Positions 60,416 through 64,000 of a stretch of DNA of 64,000 bases are shown here, piece after piece. The DNA comes from a virus. Its lineage: Duplodnaviria > Caudoviricetes. The notes beneath the pieces are model-generated. The model had not been told where the DNA came from, did not search any database, and worked only from the letters and a program-made list of their open reading frames with translations. A program made the position numbers and the translations under genes. Position 1 is the first letter of the stretch, and each line of letters opens with the position of its first letter. The stretch spans positions 18,098 through 82,097 of the IMG/VR virus record IMGVR_UViG_2834443690_000002; one strand, written 5' to 3'.

Positions 60416-61225
60416 TTGCCATTGTTTAAAAAAGAAGTAGGCCAGCTCTCTAGCCAAAGTATTAAACATCATCATAGGGCGATAAGTGCTATATTGTCTT
60501 ATGCCGTGCGAGAACAGTGCATCCTAAATAATCCCGCCTCTCGCATTAAGGTAAAAGTTGAGAAAAAGGAAATATCCTATTTTGAGGAAGGCACACTAGA
60601 ATACATGCTCTCCCTTCTTGATGACGAACCGCACAAATTTTAGACTGTTATTTATCTGGCAGCATACTCCGGGAGCCGCTTAGGTGAAGTTGTGGGTTTA
60701 GAATGGTCTGACGTTGATTTCGATAATAATCTTTTGCGAATATGTAGAGCATCACAATATTTGCCTGGTAAAGGTACTTTTACTAAATCCCCTAAAAATG
60801 ATAGCAGCCAAAGAATTATTGCTATGCCACCGTTAGTTATGGATTTACTAAAAGAATACAAGGCATGGCAAAATGAAGAACGTTTAAAATGCGGGGATCA
60901 ATGGGAGGATCATGACCGCCTCTTTACCCAATGGAATGGCAAGCCTATTTTCCCTTCTACGCCAACGATATGGTTTAAAGATTTCCGTCGAAAACATAAC
61001 CTACCAGACGTTAAATTTCACGGTCTGAGGCACACAAACGCCTCTCTATTGATCGGTCATGGTGTAGATGTACAAACAGTCGCTAAGAGACTTGGTCACA
61101 CAAAAGCGACCACAACAACGAGCGTATATAGTCACTTTTTAAGGAAACCTGACACAGAGGCGGCGGATAAACTGCAAAACCTATTTGGCAGTGACAAGAA
61201 AAAGAAAGCCGATTCAGCAAAATAA
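60416..61225 (+). pseudogene. Tyrosine integrase of element 3: N-terminus missing, in-frame TAG
   Basis: One frame: ...EPHKF*TVIYLAAYSGSRLGEVVGLEW...FHGLRHT...LGH...VYSH. Confidence 0.88.
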
Positions 61226-61305
61226 ATAGAAACATAAACCGACTTTAAAAAAAGCGTCTGAACTTTAATTTCAGGCGCTTTTTTACCGATAAATTCAGGG
61301 ACTTC

Positions 61306-61370
61306 TTGGGGACTATTTGGGGACTATTTGGGGACTATTTGGGGACTAAAGATATTAAAAGTCCCCCAAA
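61306..61370 (+). repeat. Right arm-type repeats (4 x 11-bp TTTGGGGACTA plus one inverted copy)
   Basis: Tandem units at 61306-61348; AGTCCCCCAAA at 61360. Confidence 0.8.
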
Positions 61371-61464
61371 AAAGCAAAAAGTTATGATAAACAGAAATGA
61401 AAAAACCTAGACGTATCAATTGTTTCATTAACTTACGACAATATACAAAACGAGAAATACCAGA

Positions 61465-61508
61465 CTCCAAAACCGTCAGTGAGGGTTCGACTCCTTCATC
61501 CCCTGCCA
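61465..61508 (+). repeat. att core copy 3: 3' half of tRNA-Trp
   Basis: 44 bp identical to the other two copies, starting at the anticodon loop. Confidence 0.93.
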
Positions 61509-61845
61509 GCATGTATCAAGGGTTTTAGCCCTTTTTATTTTTGCCATTTTTGAGGCTTGGACAGATTTACATTTTCGCGATATATTATGAAAAAAGGTCA
61601 AGTCAACTGAAGAGTTAACTTGACCTTTTCTATTTTAATAAAATGAAGTCTAATTTAAAAAATAATGATTTTGAATTGATGCATAAGTTGAAATGTATTA
61701 ACTAAAAGAACCCTCCCTATTCGGTGAGAGCTCGTAATCGACGTCTTGTAATCGTGGGAGTTAGGGCGTTTTTCCTTTAGATTAGTTTATAGGGCTTATA
61801 TAGTTTTCTTGCTGGGCACCCGATCTAAGGAGAATTTATCTTCCA

Positions 61846-62433
61846 TCAAATCAGCCGCTTGCCTGTCTTTACTTTGTTTTTACGTTTGCTTGATTCAATC
61901 TTTGGCGGCTTTAAAAATATGCCCTTTTCGGGTATAAATTGACTTGCTTGCCTTATTTCAATTGTCTTATTCTTGAAATCTATATCCTGCCATTCTAGAC
62001 CCATAATCTCACCTAAACATGCCCCAGTAGTCAAAGCAATCATAATTGCTGCCTGGTGCCTTAAGTCTTCTTTTTCAAGGGCTTTGAGCATGGCTGCTAC
62101 CTGATCAAGGTCATAACACTTAGCCTTCTTCCCCTCGACCTTCGGAGCATCTACATGATGTGCTGGGTTATCACCCTTAAATACGCTCTTTAATAGCCTT
62201 TTCAAAAATAGCCGATATAACCTATAATGTAGAATTCTACAAGGTCCAATAGCTGAATTTTTTCTAGTTTCTTGTCTCCCAACTGAGGCAATACTCTGGT
62301 ATCTCAATTTTTCGTTAGACTTCGCGCGGCTACCTTTTGTTATCCAACCAAACCGTGGCGATTGCATGATTTTAATAATCGCCTCGCTCGCCTGGTCTTT
62401 ATTGTTAATTTGATCTTTCGCTGTCACGCTCAT
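61846..62433 (-). pseudogene. Internal fragment of another tyrosine integrase fused to unrelated sequence
   Basis: NPA..VDAPK...ALTTGACLGEIMGLEWQDIDF...PPK; catalytic Arg replaced by Cys; HxxR/H/Y part missing. Confidence 0.8.
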
Positions 62434-62492
62434 GTGTTTTTCGCCTCACTTTCGCTAAATATTTACAGGAATATTCCTTTTTTGCGTCGAAG

Positions 62493-62798
62493 TTGGTAGT
62501 TGTTAGACATACCAATCAATACAGGAAGGAGATGAAATCAATGAGTAATCCTTTGATAGGCGGCAATCTGTCCGATCCAATTGAGCAAGATGAAAAAGGA
62601 AAACATGTTTATAAACAGGATTGTCATAATATCAATATCTGCAAATCCTATGGGGAAATCAGCTTTGCATGTTTAGTAGGGGCTAACGCGAATACTAGGT
62701 GCTCATTAGGGGAAAAGATGCGGATAAGAGTATTGAATGACTCTAACCCAAACGCTACTTACAAACCCAAGAAACCGAAACCTGAGAAACCAGATTAA
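62493..62798 (+). CDS. Small Cys-containing moron with SigH-like promoter
   Basis: ACAGGAATA-N14-CGAAG at 62465-62492; AAGGAG RBS before the ATG at 62541. Confidence 0.55.
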   Translation: MVVVRHTNQYRKEMKSMSNPLIGGNLSDPIEQDEKGKHVYKQDCHNINICKSYGEISFACLVGANANTRCSLGEKMRIRVLNDSNPNATYKPKKPKPEKPD

Positions 62799-63059
62799 GC
62801 CGTAAATCTAGACTGCATGATAATAAGTTCAGCACTTTTCAATATCGAGATTGCTTCGTTGACGGTAAGTTGTTCTTGGCAGAGACCGCTTACAAAATTT
62901 GAAGTGATCTCTTCTTTTATCTTGTTTGTATCCTGCAGAATCCTCATACGGTTTTAAGGGGTATCCTTCGAAGTGAATTTTTCATCCATATCTCGAATTG
63001 TTTCATGCCATTTTTCCATCTCTCTCGCCTCCTCTCAATACCAACGTTTTCACAAAGTA

Positions 63060-63736
63060 TCATGGAGTCCAGCTCTCAATAAACCGAAATGCCTTCGAAA
63101 GATCGGACCTTTTCAGATCCCGGTAGCTCGGTACGCCAAACTGACGCTTGAGAGCTGAATAGATTTTGGAAAATAATGATCGATCCCCAAACTTTCTAAT
63201 CCTTGCTTTGACCGCCCCCTGAAGCTGTGCTTGCTCCCTGGCAGTAGTGTGATCTCAACACGGACCTTTTGATCAAGAGTTGTAAGCGCGAATTCATGCT
63301 TCACTAAAACTTCTTGGCTTTTGGTCTGGGCCTCCTTTACGGCATTGAGTTCGCGCTCTTGTTTGGCCAGGAGTTCGACACTTCTCAGGAGTGCTTCGGC
63401 CGGAGTGAGTTGGGCTGAGTAGGAGCCGGTTTTGCGAATGGCCGGGATCACATCGTGAGTGATCCAGCGTTTGAATGCTTTGGCTTCTGGTTTGCGGCTG
63501 CCGAGGATGAGCGAATAGATGCCAGTTTCGTTGACTCCGTTAGTAATTTGTTGTCTCCCAAGTGAATCGGTGACCTCGATTAAATCTAGCTCATCCTTTT
63601 TGAGTCGTTTTACGGCATCAGTAGGATTTGAAATTTCAAGTATGCTGCAAAAATCAGCTGCGCAATAATATGGTTCGCCATTTTTAATAAACATTCTGAG
63701 TCGTTTTCTCTCGTAAGAAAATTGAGTCGGTAACAT
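63060..63736 (-). pseudogene. BRO-N plus ORF6C antirepressor, frameshifted
   Basis: BRO-N motifs; the alternative frame gives IYSALKRQFGVPSYRDLKRSDLSKAFRFIESWTP*. Confidence 0.8.
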
Positions 63737-63781
63737 GTAGACCCCCTAACTAACTTTTTTACAATATTTAGCTAATATAAT

Positions 63782-64000
63782 TTAGCTAACCCTTTTCCCT
63801 GCGTTTTTAGAAAACCTCCTTACATACCCGACATTAATTTGCTTGGGTTTATCCTCCGGACCGGTCCCAATTTTATCTTCGGGAAATCGCCAAGACTTAC
63901 CGATTTTAATGCCTCCATAATTTTTAGGTCCATTGTGGTAAATTGTTGACTTTCCAATGTTACGTATTTTTGCAACTTCAGAAAGCGTATAATATCGCAT
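63782..64000 (-). CDS. Excisionase-like HTH protein
   Basis: YYTLSEVAK...KSTIY...KIGKSWRF. Confidence 0.7.
   Translation of the reverse strand: MRYYTLSEVAKIRNIGKSTIYHNGPKNYGGIKIGKSWRFPEDKIGTGPEDKPKQINVGYVRRFSKNAGKRVS

Larger units (their letters stand above)
45371..61508. mobile_element. Decayed prophage remnant (element 3)
   Basis: Bounded by att copies and by matching TTTGGGGACTA arrays; broken integrase, several pseudogenes, no virion core. Confidence 0.8.

Noticed and set aside
60641-60643. In-frame TAG in the integrase as pyrrolysine or readthrough recoding
   Set aside because: The gene also lacks its N-terminal part and a start/RBS, neighbouring genes are decayed, and no pyl genes are visible; a nonsense mutation is simpler
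61297-61370. Tandem TTTGGGGACTA repeats as a CRISPR array
   Set aside because: Units are 11 bp with no spacers and no cas genes; they are mirrored at the other end of the element and better explained as integrase arm sites

Overview
This window comes from a low-GC Firmicute; a spore-forming Clostridia-like host is my inference. It is almost entirely accessory DNA: integrated elements stacked in tandem and separated by three direct copies of the 3' half of a tRNA-Trp(CCA) gene (26085-26132, 45323-45370, 61465-61508). (1) 1-26132 is the right part of an apparently intact temperate prophage with a lambda-type head (GpA terminase, lambda-family portal, Clp protease, capsid E), contractile tail, replication/recombination genes, Cro/ImmR/ImmA and an integrase. 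(2) 26133-45370 is a ~19 kb capsid-less integrative or satellite-like element with a tyrosine integrase, resolvase, BRO antirepressor, helicase-like and sigma-like genes. Its cargo includes an ABC-ATPase/TOPRIM (OLD-like) nuclease and a tightly coupled four-gene operon: STAS-GHKL kinase, STAS-PRTase, HD-PRTase and ThyX. That operon is the best candidate for an undescribed nucleotide-targeting defence or signalling system. (3) 45371-61508 is a decayed prophage remnant: Abi-alpha-like gene, FtsK plus replication-relaxation pair, IS30 fragment, putative sporulation sRNA units, an unknown three-gene operon, tetraheme cytochrome, MuF domain and a broken integrase. (4) Beyond 61508 lie fragments of a fourth phage-like element. 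All family assignments come from motif recognition by eye; no database searches were run.
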